Notes under the pieces: generated by a model
Database searches by the model: none
Told to the model about the DNA's origin: nothing
Seen by the model: only the letters and a program-made list of their open reading frames with translations
Position numbers and translations under genes: made by a program
Source of the DNA: Thermodesulfovibrionales bacterium
Lineage (GTDB): Bacteria; Nitrospirota; Thermodesulfovibrionia; Thermodesulfovibrionales; SM23-35
Assembly (NCBI GenBank): GCA_963715195.1
Contig: CAVQRT010000007.1
Location: 288,001-352,000 of the forward strand
DNA: 64,000 nt
Reading direction: 5' to 3'
Part shown: positions 47,279 to 57,814 of the stretch, one piece after another
Layout: each line of letters starts with the position of its first letter
Position numbering within the stretch: the first letter of the stretch is position 1

Positions 47279-49942
47279 CTAACGATCCGGCTTTCTCCCC
47301 CTTATCCATTTATCCATCTCAACTACAAGTATGACTGTAGTGGAGACCATAAATATCTGCACCCACTCGTTTATTGTAATCGGCACTGTCCTGAAGACCC
47401 ACTGGAACGCCGGAACATAAATCACCGATAGTTGAGCAAGGAATGCAGCAATCATGCTGATAAACAGCAATGGATTGCTTATCGGACTCATTCTGAAAAT
47501 GGATCGTGTCTCTGAACGACAGTTGAACGCCTGATAGAATTGGAAAAACACCATTGTCGTGAGGGCAATTGTACGCGCCCTTTCAAGAGGCACTCCTGCG
47601 TTAAGGTTTAATATAAATAAAAACAGTGTTCCGGCAGCCAGCGTTATTCCCATTAATACTGTTCTCTGTACCATAAGGCTTGATAAAATGCCCTCTTTTG
47701 GATTTCTTGGAGGTCTGTTTAATACACCTTTTTCTGCCGGCTCAAAGGCAAGAGCAACATCCTGCAGTCCATTCGTTACAAGATTAAGCCAGAGTATCTG
47801 TGCAGGGATATATGGAATAGGGTATCCCATGACTATTGTTCCGATGATGGCAATCAGTTCTCCAAAACCACATGATATGAGGAAAAGAGTAACCTTCTTT
47901 ATGTTGTCATATACAACCCTTCCCTCTTCAACTGCAGCAAAAATACTGGCAAAGTTATCATCAGCGAGAACCATATCAGATGCTTCTTTTGCAACATCAG
48001 TTCCCGACTTCCCCATTGCGATTCCTATATGTGCTGCTCTGAGGGCCGGTGCATCATTTACTCCATCACCCGTCACGGCAACGATCTCTCCGTATCGAAT
48101 CAGCTGCTCAACTATCCTGAGTTTATGCTTGGGTGAGACCCTTGCAAAGACAGAAATGTCTTTGACCTTATTGAAGAGTTCATCATTACTCATTGCTTCT
48201 ATCTCTTTGCCGGTCATAACCCCGGATTCCTCACTTGATATCCCGAGCATCTTTGCTATTGCTGAGGCTGTAGCAGCATGGTCACCTGTGATCATTACAA
48301 CCTTAATACCAGCTTTTTTACAGCCTTTCACTGCATCCATAACATCCGTTCTTGGTGGGTCGATCATCCCCTGAAAACCAACGTATACAAGATTTCCGTC
48401 AACATCATGGTGGGTTATCTCATCGATGTCATGAGGTGCTTCCTTATAAGCCATAGCAAGGACCCTCATACCTTCTCTGGCAAACAGGTGTGCTTTATTC
48501 AGTATTTCTTTTGTCTCGATCCTATCCTTTACTACGCATTCAGTACACATATCGAGTATTTTTTCTGGAGCTCCTTTTACAAAAATAAACTTTTTCCCGC
48601 CGTGTCTGTGAAGGGTCGCCATATACCCGTACTCAGACTCAAACGGTATTATTGCTGTTTGAGGATAGTGTCTCGTTTCCTCTATAAGGTTAAGACCTGC
48701 TTTCATTGCAGAAACGATTAATGCCCCTTCTGTCGGATCACCATCAACCTTAAACTCACCTTCCTCCTCATAAATATTGGATTCATTGCAGAGCATGCCT
48801 ATCCTAAAGACCATGAGCAGGTTCGCAGATGCCTTGATATCGACTGGTTCCAGTTGATAGCGGATTTCCCCCTTTGGTTCATAACCAATTCCGCCTATTC
48901 TATATGCCTTTTCACCATCGTACACTACCCTTACGGTCATCTCGTTCTTTGTGAGGGTGCCAGTCTTATCTGACCCTATAACGGTCGTGCTCCCGAGTGT
49001 CTCAACCGCAGGCAATTTTCTTATGACGGCATTTCGCCTTGCCATCCTCGCAACACCGATAGCCATCACTATCGTTACAGCGACCGGAAGTCCTTCAGGA
49101 ATTGCTGATACTGCCGTGGCCACCGCAATCATAAACATTTCGGAAGCCTTTTCTCCCAACAATATCCCTGCTCCAAAGATCAAGGCTGAAAAGGCTATTA
49201 CGAGAATTCCTATTAACCTCGCAAACCTCATAAGTTTATACTGAAGGGGGGTCTTTACCACTGCGACTTCCCTGACTTCGGTGGCAATCTGTCCGAGGAC
49301 CGTGCTGTGTCCTGTCTCAACAACAATGCCTTTCGCCCTGCCACTTACGACAATTGTGCCCATAAATGCCATATTTTTCTGATCACCGGGTGTCAAGTTT
49401 TCTTCTTTGATCAGGGAAGTTGCTTTTTCAGCAGGCAGGGACTCTCCGGTCAGCGTTGCTTCTTCGACCCTCAGCTCAATTGTTTTAAACAGTCTGAGAT
49501 CTGCAGGCACCCTCACTCCCGATGCAAGCAAAACAATATCCCCCGGCACAAGCTCTTCACTATTAATTTCCTTCTCTTTTCCTTCCCGCAGAACCTTAGC
49601 TTTTGGTACGACCATCTTTTTCAGTGCCCTGACACTTTCCTCTGCCTTGTACTCCTGTATATATCCGATAATTGCATTCAGTATTACAACAGCAAAGATT
49701 ACACCCGAATCTATATATTCATTTAGAAATATTGTCACCACACCGGCGATGAGCAGGATATAAATGAGTGTACTGGTAAACTGGTGGACTAGTATTTTTA
49801 GTCTGCTAATCTTCTCTTCTTCAATGAATTTGTTCGGGCCGAACTGCAGGAGGCGCTCTTTGATCTCCGAATTGGATAGTCCGCTCTCCGAGGCCCTAAG
49901 CTTTTCGAATGTTTCCTTGACAGTTAATTGATACCAGTTCAT
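47279..49942 (-). CDS. P-type IIA cation (Ca2+-like) transporting ATPase
   Basis: LTGES, IPEGLP, DKTGTLT, KGAPE, TGDGVNDAPAL, QILWLNLVTNG. Confidence 0.96.
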   Translation of the reverse strand: MNWYQLTVKETFEKLRASESGLSNSEIKERLLQFGPNKFIEEEKISRLKILVHQFTSTLIYILLIAGVVTIFLNEYIDSGVIFAVVILNAIIGYIQEYKAEESVRALKKMVVPKAKVLREGKEKEINSEELVPGDIVLLASGVRVPADLRLFKTIELRVEEATLTGESLPAEKATSLIKEENLTPGDQKNMAFMGTIVVSGRAKGIVVETGHSTVLGQIATEVREVAVVKTPLQYKLMRFARLIGILVIAFSALIFGAGILLGEKASEMFMIAVATAVSAIPEGLPVAVTIVMAIGVARMARRNAVIRKLPAVETLGSTTVIGSDKTGTLTKNEMTVRVVYDGEKAYRIGGIGYEPKGEIRYQLEPVDIKASANLLMVFRIGMLCNESNIYEEEGEFKVDGDPTEGALIVSAMKAGLNLIEETRHYPQTAIIPFESEYGYMATLHRHGGKKFIFVKGAPEKILDMCTECVVKDRIETKEILNKAHLFAREGMRVLAMAYKEAPHDIDEITHHDVDGNLVYVGFQGMIDPPRTDVMDAVKGCKKAGIKVVMITGDHAATASAIAKMLGISSEESGVMTGKEIEAMSNDELFNKVKDISVFARVSPKHKLRIVEQLIRYGEIVAVTGDGVNDAPALRAAHIGIAMGKSGTDVAKEASDMVLADDNFASIFAAVEEGRVVYDNIKKVTLFLISCGFGELIAIIGTIVMGYPIPYIPAQILWLNLVTNGLQDVALAFEPAEKGVLNRPPRNPKEGILSSLMVQRTVLMGITLAAGTLFLFILNLNAGVPLERARTIALTTMVFFQFYQAFNCRSETRSIFRMSPISNPLLFISMIAAFLAQLSVIYVPAFQWVFRTVPITINEWVQIFMVSTTVILVVEMDKWIRGRKPDR

Positions 49943-50025
49943 TCTCCACCTTTCATGGCAACTCTTAATAAAACAGGGGGCGAACACATTCACTGTAATC
50001 CAGAGAGCCAACAAGAGGATACAGA

Positions 50026-50481
50026 TCAGAAGAACGTTACAATGCGATCAAATGATTTTCTTAAACGATCTGATACAGTAAGGAGCATCCCCTTCAGGAG
50101 TTTGGCTCCCAATCCAGGATATATGGCGATTAGTTTATCCAGGTTTTCCCGAGTTATAATAGCAAGTGAGACATCTTCAAGTGCTACGGCTGTAACTTTC
50201 CTAAGACTGTCATCAAGAATGCATAATGCACCCTTGCTGTATATGCCCAAAATCACATTCTTGCCCTTATACTCTGTCTCTTTTTTTATTTCGACCCTGC
50301 CTGAAACAATAATTGCTATGTAATCGAACGGATCCTCTTCTTTCCAAAGTGTCTCACCTGCCGGGATATCCTTGCATTCAAAAAAAGATGACAGATTCTC
50401 GAAATCTTCATCACTCAGAAAATTGAAAGCGCTCTTCTTCCCTTTCATAGAAATATAGAGGTCTTTAAATACATCGTTCAT
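50026..50481 (-). CDS. Stand-alone cyclic nucleotide-binding domain protein
   Basis: GETLWKEED, IIVSGRVEIKK, RKVTAVALED. Confidence 0.85.
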   Translation of the reverse strand: MNDVFKDLYISMKGKKSAFNFLSDEDFENLSSFFECKDIPAGETLWKEEDPFDYIAIIVSGRVEIKKETEYKGKNVILGIYSKGALCILDDSLRKVTAVALEDVSLAIITRENLDKLIAIYPGLGAKLLKGMLLTVSDRLRKSFDRIVTFF

Positions 50482-50483
50482 AG

Positions 50484-50867
50484 TTAAACCCACTCCCCGT
50501 CTTTCCATCTCTTCTTGCATTTTTCAAGCATGATAAAAGCAAGCCATAGTTTTTCCATACTATCAAATTTATCAAAGTATGATTCATTGTCGTCCATCAA
50601 AACATTACTAAATGCTATGGCTAAATCCCAGGGCGTTGCATATTTTTCGATTACCATATCCTGCAACTGGTCTTGTCTTGGCAGCCAGACGGCCTCTATT
50701 GTTTTTAAGTAAGACTTCTTCTTCTCAAGATCACTTGTAATTGGTTGAGATTGTGAAATCAGGCCTAATGACATCGAGACAAAAAAGTCTCCAAATTCAG
50801 GTTTCCACTGCTTTTGCATCACTGTTGCACTTTCACACATCTTGATATAGTGAGATGATTTATCCAT
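50484..50867 (-). CDS. Hypothetical protein
   Basis: SD AGGAGG; YIKMC, WLPRQDQLQDM, SMEKLWLAFIM. Confidence 0.78.
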   Translation of the reverse strand: MDKSSHYIKMCESATVMQKQWKPEFGDFFVSMSLGLISQSQPITSDLEKKKSYLKTIEAVWLPRQDQLQDMVIEKYATPWDLAIAFSNVLMDDNESYFDKFDSMEKLWLAFIMLEKCKKRWKDGEWV

Positions 50868-51026
50868 AAAACCTCCTGATTGTTAACTCCGTTACATGCA
50901 AGTCCTTCAGTTAACTCTATCTCTTCGAAACCACGTTCGATTACTCTTCAAGCGTGCCTTTGCCCGGTCAATAAAAATTTATATTAACTTGTACAACTTC
51001 ATTCTTTTTATTCTTCTCCTCCACTT

Positions 51027-52511
51027 TCAACTAATGCGTTTCTCAAAGACCTTCCGAAAATGAAACCCGTAAATCGAGAGGGTAACGGCCTGAGGAAGAA
51101 GGCGGGGACGGCTGATCACAGTCCAAAGCAGTAACCTCCAATAATGGAATCTCTCTTTTCCGATGATCCCCAGAACAATAACAGACCTTATGAATGCGGC
51201 AATGTAGCTGAAACGGAAATGAAACAACTTTTTCTTGGGGGGGATATATTCACTCAGGAATGTCCTGACCCTTTCATAGTAATGTTTGGGAGAATAGATG
51301 GTTTGGAGGACCCTTTTGTAGCCGCTGATCAGCAGGTCATAGTCCATCTTGGGAATAAAATTGGTCGCAAAATCTGTATTGTTCCCCGAGGTCTCTTTCA
51401 CCAGCCGCTGCTCCCTCTTGAGTCTCTCGTAGAGTTGCGTGCGCGGAAGGGCATTGAGTATGCCAACCATCGCCGTGACGACCCCGCTTTTCTGGATGAA
51501 CCTGATCTGGGTGTCGAAAATTGCAAGGGGGTCGTTGTCGAAACCAACGATGAATCCTCCCTGCACCTCGAGGCCGGACTTCTGTATCTTCCTGACACTG
51601 GCGAGGAGATCGCGGTTTCTGTTCTGGAATTTGTTGCATTCTGCCAGGCTCTGCTCATGGGGGGTCTCGATGCCGACGAAGACTACATCGAATCCTGCCC
51701 TAACCATCATCTCCATGAGGTCTCTATGGTCAGACAGTTCTATGGATGCCTGCGTATTGAAGTTAAAGGGATACTTTCTCCTCTCCATCCATTCGATGAT
51801 GGCGGGGAGGACCTCCTCCTTCAGCTTTTTCTTGTTCCCGATAAAATTGTCGTCAACAAAGAAGACCTGGCCCCTGAACCCTGATGCGTAAACACTCCCG
51901 ATCTCCCTGATTATCTGGTCCTTATCTTTTGTGCGCGGCGTGCGACCGCAGAGCAGGGTAATGTCACAAAACTCACAGTTGAAGGGGCAGCCCCGGGAAT
52001 ACTGGATATTGATTGAGGCATAGTGCTTCATATTAATAAGCCCCCAGAGCGGAATAGGTGTCTTTCGTATGTCAGCCCATTGACCAGTGGTATAGAAATG
52101 GTCTGCATCACCTTTCTCGAAATCTTTTAGGAAACGGGGCAGGGTAATCTCGGCTTCGTTCAATACCAGATGGTCTACTTCCCCGAATGATTCATATTCG
52201 GTTGTGAAAAGAGGACCGCCGGCAACAATCCTGACGCCAGCGGTTTTGCATCTTTGAATAACTTCTTTCACCGATTCCTTCTGGACAGACATCGCACTTA
52301 TAAAAACGAGGTCAGCCCATCTCATGTCCTCGTCATCCAAACTTTTCACGTTCATGTCGACCAGTCTTTTCTCCCAAGCATCAGGAAGCATCGCTGCTAT
52401 AGTCAATAATCCAAGGGGTGGACTGCTAGCCTTTCTGTGAATAAATTTCAACGCATACCTGAAACTCCAGAAGGTATCCGGGAATTCAGGATAAATGAGG
52501 AGTGCTTTCAC
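51027..52511 (-). CDS. B12-binding radical SAM protein (DUF4070-type C-terminus)
   Basis: PPLGLLTIAA, SRGCPFNCEFC, FVDDNFIGN, GGFIVGFDND. Confidence 0.93.
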   Translation of the reverse strand: MKALLIYPEFPDTFWSFRYALKFIHRKASSPPLGLLTIAAMLPDAWEKRLVDMNVKSLDDEDMRWADLVFISAMSVQKESVKEVIQRCKTAGVRIVAGGPLFTTEYESFGEVDHLVLNEAEITLPRFLKDFEKGDADHFYTTGQWADIRKTPIPLWGLINMKHYASINIQYSRGCPFNCEFCDITLLCGRTPRTKDKDQIIREIGSVYASGFRGQVFFVDDNFIGNKKKLKEEVLPAIIEWMERRKYPFNFNTQASIELSDHRDLMEMMVRAGFDVVFVGIETPHEQSLAECNKFQNRNRDLLASVRKIQKSGLEVQGGFIVGFDNDPLAIFDTQIRFIQKSGVVTAMVGILNALPRTQLYERLKREQRLVKETSGNNTDFATNFIPKMDYDLLISGYKRVLQTIYSPKHYYERVRTFLSEYIPPKKKLFHFRFSYIAAFIRSVIVLGIIGKERFHYWRLLLWTVISRPRLLPQAVTLSIYGFHFRKVFEKRIS

Positions 52512-52574
52512 GGAATGCTCCTTATCATTTTAGGTTTTCGTATAAACGGCTGTCAGGATCACTGTGCCAGCCCC

Positions 52575-54455
52575 CTATTCTTTCGAATCCTGGATTATCT
52601 GTTCCACATCAGCCTTTTCAAGCGTCTCTTCCTTGATCAGCGCCTCTGCAAGTACATCAAGCGTATGCTTTTTCACTGTCAATATTTCAGTCGCCCTTGA
52701 TTCAGCATCGATGATCATTTTCTGGATCTCCTGGTCCATAAGCCAGGCCATCTCCTCACTGTAACGCTTTGGTAGGGACAGCTCCCTTCCCAGGAACGGA
52801 TGTTCTTCTCCGCGTCCGAGATTTATCGGGCCAACCCTGTCGCTCATTCCCCACTGCGCCACCATCTTCTCTGCCAGCGAAGTTGCTTCTTTCAGATCGT
52901 TCTGTGCGCCGCTGCTGACGTCGCTAAAAACAATTTTTTCCGCAACTCTTCCGGCAAGGGCTATACTCAATCTGTTCATAAGATAAGTGCGTGGATAATA
53001 ATGTCTGTCTTCCCCGGGCAGGAGCTGCGTAACTCCCATCGCCATACCACGCGGGATAATGCTCACCTTATATATGGGATCAGCACCGGGAAGTTCCCAT
53101 GCGACAAGGGTATGTCCTGCCTCATGATATGCAGTGATCCGTTTTTCAGTATCGCTTATGGTCTCCTCTTTCACTGCCCCCATAAGAATAATGTCCTGGG
53201 CCTCCTCAAAGTCGTGCATATCTATTGCTTCTTTGTTCTTTCTCGTAGCAACGAGTGCGGCCTTGTTTGTAAGATTCTCAAGGTCAGCGCCTGTCATGCC
53301 AGAGGTGCCTCTCGCCAGCTTCTCAAAATCGACATTATCTGCCAGCACCTTGCCCCTGACATGGATTTCAAGGATCGCCTTCCGTTCTTTCCAGCCCGGC
53401 TTGTCTATCACGACATGCCGGTCGAACCTCCCAGGCCTCAAAAGTGCGGGATCCAACACGTCCGGTCTGTTCGTGGCTGCCATAACAATCACTTCCTCGT
53501 GCGCATCGAATCCGTCCATTTCACTTAAGAGCTGGTTCAGTGTCTGTTCCCTTTCATCATGTCCGCCTCCAAGCCCTGCACCCCGTGTACGGCCTACAGC
53601 ATCGATCTCATCGATAAAAATAATGCTTGGCTGGGACGCCTTCGCCTTTTTGAACATATCCCTGACGCGTGAGGCGCCGACTCCTACAAACATCTCGATG
53701 AATTCAGAAGCGCTGATGCTGTAAAAAGGCACCGCTGCCTCACCTGCTGTTGCGCGCGCAAAAAGGGTCTTGCCCGTTCCCGGAGGCCCAATCAGAAGCA
53801 CTCCCTTGGGAACTTTCGCTCCGAGTTTCGCGAATCGGGAGGGGTCTTTTAGAAACTCTATCGTCTCTCTCAATTCAATCTTTACATTGTCCATGCCTGC
53901 AACATCTTTAAAGGTTATACTCGGTTTTTTCGTATCATACAGTTTGGCCTTGCTTGCTCCGAACGCAAAGAGCCCTCCCGGGCCACCCTGAATCTTCTGA
54001 TTCCTCCTCATTATCAGGACCCAGATACCGATGATCAGCGCCCATGGAAGGATCCCGATAAGAATCTGCCAGAAATATCCCTGTTCAGAGGACTCGATAG
54101 TGATAATCACATTTTTTTCCCTCAGTTGAGACAGAAGTCCTTCACCCTGGAAAGAAGGCAGGACGGTCTGAAAGTATTTCACCTGTGCGGGTTTCTTTTC
54201 CCCCTGAAACTGTATGTTCACCTCATTAACGAATTCACCGCCCACGTCCAGCTTTTTAATTAAAACGGACTTGACATTGCCTGCGTTCAGCTGCTCCATA
54301 AACTGACTGTAATTTATCGTATATTGCGCGGGAGCACTTGTGCTGAAAAAGCTATTCCATGCATATGACAATGCAATAATTAGAAAAAATACCGCAATGT
54401 ACCTCCAATATGTACCGGGAATACCGCCTATCCCGCTTTTCTTATCTTCAGCCAT
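52575..54455 (-). CDS. ftsH: ATP-dependent zinc metalloprotease FtsH (probable paralog)
   Basis: Two [33 protein letters not shown]. Confidence 0.97.
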   Translation of the reverse strand: MAEDKKSGIGGIPGTYWRYIAVFFLIIALSYAWNSFFSTSAPAQYTINYSQFMEQLNAGNVKSVLIKKLDVGGEFVNEVNIQFQGEKKPAQVKYFQTVLPSFQGEGLLSQLREKNVIITIESSEQGYFWQILIGILPWALIIGIWVLIMRRNQKIQGGPGGLFAFGASKAKLYDTKKPSITFKDVAGMDNVKIELRETIEFLKDPSRFAKLGAKVPKGVLLIGPPGTGKTLFARATAGEAAVPFYSISASEFIEMFVGVGASRVRDMFKKAKASQPSIIFIDEIDAVGRTRGAGLGGGHDEREQTLNQLLSEMDGFDAHEEVIVMAATNRPDVLDPALLRPGRFDRHVVIDKPGWKERKAILEIHVRGKVLADNVDFEKLARGTSGMTGADLENLTNKAALVATRKNKEAIDMHDFEEAQDIILMGAVKEETISDTEKRITAYHEAGHTLVAWELPGADPIYKVSIIPRGMAMGVTQLLPGEDRHYYPRTYLMNRLSIALAGRVAEKIVFSDVSSGAQNDLKEATSLAEKMVAQWGMSDRVGPINLGRGEEHPFLGRELSLPKRYSEEMAWLMDQEIQKMIIDAESRATEILTVKKHTLDVLAEALIKEETLEKADVEQIIQDSKE

Positions 54456-54583
54456 GATTCATGCCTGTCTTCATCCTTTTTGAGGCACATCCTCCATCTG
54501 TTTCCTATTCATGAATATCTCGGTACATCGACTTTCCTGAAATCGATATAGCCCCGGTCAAAGTCTACAAATGTTCCGTAGGG

Positions 54584-54772
54584 TCAGGCAATTTTTTCTA
54601 TGAACTGTTTGAAGCGTTCAATTCGGCCTTCCATTCCTACCGCACTTTTTAACATCAGCTACAAACGCAATACCCGTCCCCGGCTTATGGTGCTGCCAGC
54701 AGATTGAGCGGCTTCTGCGATTCGGCCTGTTTCTGTGGTCTTGACCATTGCTACGATTAACTTAAATTTCAT
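54584..54772 (-). pseudogene. Remnant of a P-II family signal transduction gene
   Basis: MKFKLIVAMVKTTETGRIAEAAQSAGST, then (other frame) KPGTGIAFVADVK, then (first frame) SAVGMEGRIERFKQ; central part missing. Confidence 0.7.
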
Positions 54773-54938
54773 GTCATTTCTCTTTGGCTATTCTCTAATT
54801 ACTCAACACCGTCCAGCGTGCGATTTGAGCATAACCAATCACAGTTATTATAGAAGAAATACTTGCAACAGCAATTAATCCAAATCCGTCCAAGAGTTGA
54901 TTACGCCCCCGAATTGTTTGAGAAAGTCCATTTTTATA

Positions 54939-55766
54939 TCATAACAGCTGTTTCAATGTTTCTATGTTTGATTTATCGTATTTCTGTTTTTTCCATTTGA
55001 AAGGAATATCGATAATCTCTCCCGCCTTGTCTATCGAATAGAGTGCTTTAAAAGCTTCTATGAGTACAGCCCTTTGCTGAGTCACGCTAAATGGCTCTCC
55101 AAGAGGATGTCCAAATGGCCATCTGAGATAAATTGTTCTTGGTGGTTTTATTTTTTCAGTATACTTTCTCAAAATAGATATTCCTACAGTTGATATTCCA
55201 ACTCTTTCAATTTCTCGTTGTATCAATCCAACGGATTGGTTGCATATGCCTCAGCCAGGTGTTAGCAGAACAATATCTACGCGATCAGATTTGAGTCTAT
55301 TAGCAACTTCGGGAGCTGTTATTTTTATAAGAGTCTCGATATGAGGACCCAAGATATGCCCCATGAAACCATAATGCCAATCTGGTAGTCTGCCTATTGT
55401 GCCCTCTTTTTCGAACTCTCTCAGTCTATCAATGGGAAACACAACATTGATGTCCTTGTCTGCATCGGTATGGTCATAGTAATCATGGGTTATCATGAGA
55501 TCAGTTAATGGCTTCGATATATCAATTGTCCTGAACGTTGGATCACCATTTGGGTCCACCATGTCAAAATGCTTCTGCGCTTTATCATGCACACCTGCCG
55601 TGGTAACCACAGCTAATGTGCTATCTCTTAAAGCCTTTTTTAAAGGCGTCCACGGTATTCCCTCCGATTCCATCGGTTTGTATAAACCGGTTAACAGTTT
55701 TACAAGCAAGGGAAAGTGAGTTAAAATCTTTGCGATGAGCCTATTTTTTATCCGATGACCTACCAT
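54939..55766 (-). CDS. Selenoprotein of the glycine/betaine/D-proline reductase component B (GrdB/PrdB-like) family, 275 aa
   Basis: Two listed ORFs join in frame over TGA 55253-55251: DIVLLTPG-U-GICNQSVGLIQREIE; AVVTTAGVH, DINVVFPIDRL, PPRT..PFGHPLG. Confidence 0.9.
55224..55250 (-). promoter_or_regulatory. Putative SECIS of the GrdB-like gene
   Basis: CAATCC-GTT-GGATTG hairpin beginning 12 nt after UGA, same spacing as the fdhA SECIS. Confidence 0.75.
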
Positions 55767-55879
55767 GAAAACCTCTTACAACCAATTACTAAACTGTTAG
55801 ATAGAGTTTTAAGAATATCTCTCTCACTTCTGCATCAAAGATAAATACTATACGAATAATTATTAATTGAAGGTTGCAT

Positions 55880-57197
55880 CATTTTAGCAGGTACTTTATT
55901 AAAGGTACATTAGATTTTGAGTGACTGATACTTTTGGGGTACTTTTTCAGGTGTGTTTTATAAGCGAGGATAGTCTCTTCAGAATCTTCTTTCTAGTTAT
56001 CGGTCTCAGCTATCCAGAAGTGCGCATTGTCTGATAGCTCATCCCCGGGGAATGCCTTGATAAACCCTTCAAACTTTTCCCGGGATTCTCTGTAATGCTT
56101 TTTTTTGAAAGCGGTATAGGCTTCATCATACTGATGCGCGCTGTCACCCGGTGATGACTGCGTGGCAGTTTCAACATCCCCCGGCTGAACCTCTTCTTGA
56201 GACTCTTCAGGTTTTCTTTCCGTTCGCAAAACAACAAAATGCGCTCTTCTGTTCTTTGCCCAGCATTCTTCTGTCTGTTCCATGCACTGGGGCTTCTCTT
56301 CACCGTAACTGACGATCTCAATCCTTTTCGAAGCAACTCCGAGAGCGATGAGGAAATCTCTCACCGACTTTGCCCTCCTGTCCCCGAGTGCAAGATTGTA
56401 TTCATTGGTTCCCCGCTCATCACAATGCCCTTCAACAGAGAGATTTGCACTGGGATTTTTCAAGAGCCAGGAAGAGATATTATTCAGGACCTGTCTGTCT
56501 TCCGGTTTGATATCATATTTATCAAAATCAAAATAGATGTCTGCAAAAAGCCTGCTCTCCTCGCTGAATCTGGCCGGCTCTTCTGTTGTCTCAATCTTTG
56601 CGAGCTGTTGTTCCGTAATTCTCTCCTCCGGCTTCAGTGCTCCCCTCTTGTCCATGGTTGCATCTGATAACTGCTGGGCAAAGGTTTGACCTGCTGGGCA
56701 ACAGGTTTGACCTGCTGAGCAACAGGTTTCTGCGAGCATCCAAGCTGAAACAGACTGCAGAGGTATGCGTGTAGTGACTCAATTATCGGATTAGTCGTAA
56801 TAGGGTCCCATTTTATTTCTACATTGAGATTGACTGAATCGCTTGTGCCATCCGAATAAAGTAATGTTCTATGTAGCAGTCTTCTCATGCCCGTTTCACA
56901 AGCACTTTCCTGAAAAGTCAGTTCCTCTATTTCCTGGTATTTTTCCGGATGTTTCGGTATCTTTCTTGTCCATACCCTTACATAATGTTGTGGGAGATCG
57001 CTGATACAGCGATCAAGCGAAGGGAGACAACATCGTGTACAAAATGAACAGGTTACCTCACTGCATTGAATGCTATTCTCATCAAGATAATACTGCTGAT
57101 CGTTATTTTCGGCAAACAATTCCCATTCGGCAGCTTTTGCGGACTGCGCAATAAGAAATGATACAAAAAGAAATACAACAATATTCTTCATGAACAT
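55880..57197 (-). pseudogene. Chimeric exported-domain / Pal / CpoB-TPR gene disrupted by a 1-bp deletion and a TAG
   Basis: Signal peptide + AEWELF..YYLD..VRVW domain; LGCSQ(KPVAQQV)3; IYFDFDK, EGHCDERGTNEYNLALGDRRA, NRRAHF; LSDNAHFWIAET*..ILAY..LKKYPKS. Confidence 0.75.
56671..56730. repeat. 21-bp tandem repeat x3, one unit 20 bp
   Basis: ctgctgggcaa-aggtttgac / ctgctgggcaacaggtttgac / ctgctgagcaacaggtttc. Confidence 0.9.
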
Positions 57198-57814
57198 GAA
57201 AAATATCTTTCCTTTTGTAATATTTCTACCCTCCTTATATTGATAACACCTTTCGTCTTGCTCAATATTATGCTAAAACTCAATGTGGCTTCTGTGATGA
57301 TCATCACTATGAAAATCTCGTGCGGAGGAGAAACGGGTGAGATTTTAGGAGTTAGATTTAATACGTAGTTTCAGTTCCCATTTCATTCGAAAACATAAAA
57401 TATGCTTCAAAAAGGCACTTTCCGTTAATTTATTAATTTCTATTTATACTACTGCGATGAAAGAAAAGATCATCGTTGCGCATTCCAGGAAGAAGCATTT
57501 TTATGTCTGACGACTTGAACGAAGACTAATGAATTGACCACCTATAGGATTCTTGCCGTAGCATTAATGCAATTCCCGCCATAATTAGAAAACCGGCCAC
57601 GCTTATCCATAAGATGCGGAATCCTACACATTCGAACACCCTTCTCTTACACCACTTCGCAAGTGAACTTTCCATGAATTCTCTTAGCCTGCGGATATCA
57701 CCTGCCCTTGCTTCTTAATACTACATAGAATCATTTCATATCCTACTGCGGTAGGATTGAATATGGTGCCAAAAATACACAGAATTATTATAGGTCACAT
57801 ATTAGAGGTAAATA

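Noticed and set aside
50900..50970. c-di-GMP-I riboswitch (GGGCAAA on minus strand)
   Set aside because: No GNRA-capped P2 or second GCAAA-type motif could be built by eye; an Rfam scan would settle it
55775..55802. Collapsed attC (ATCTAAC...GTTGTAA) before the selenoprotein gene
   Set aside because: Only about 28 bp with no internal L-box pairing
55993..55995. TAG read-through (pyrrolysine) in the CpoB-like segment
   Set aside because: Flanking residues are degenerate and a further frameshift follows; decay explains it better
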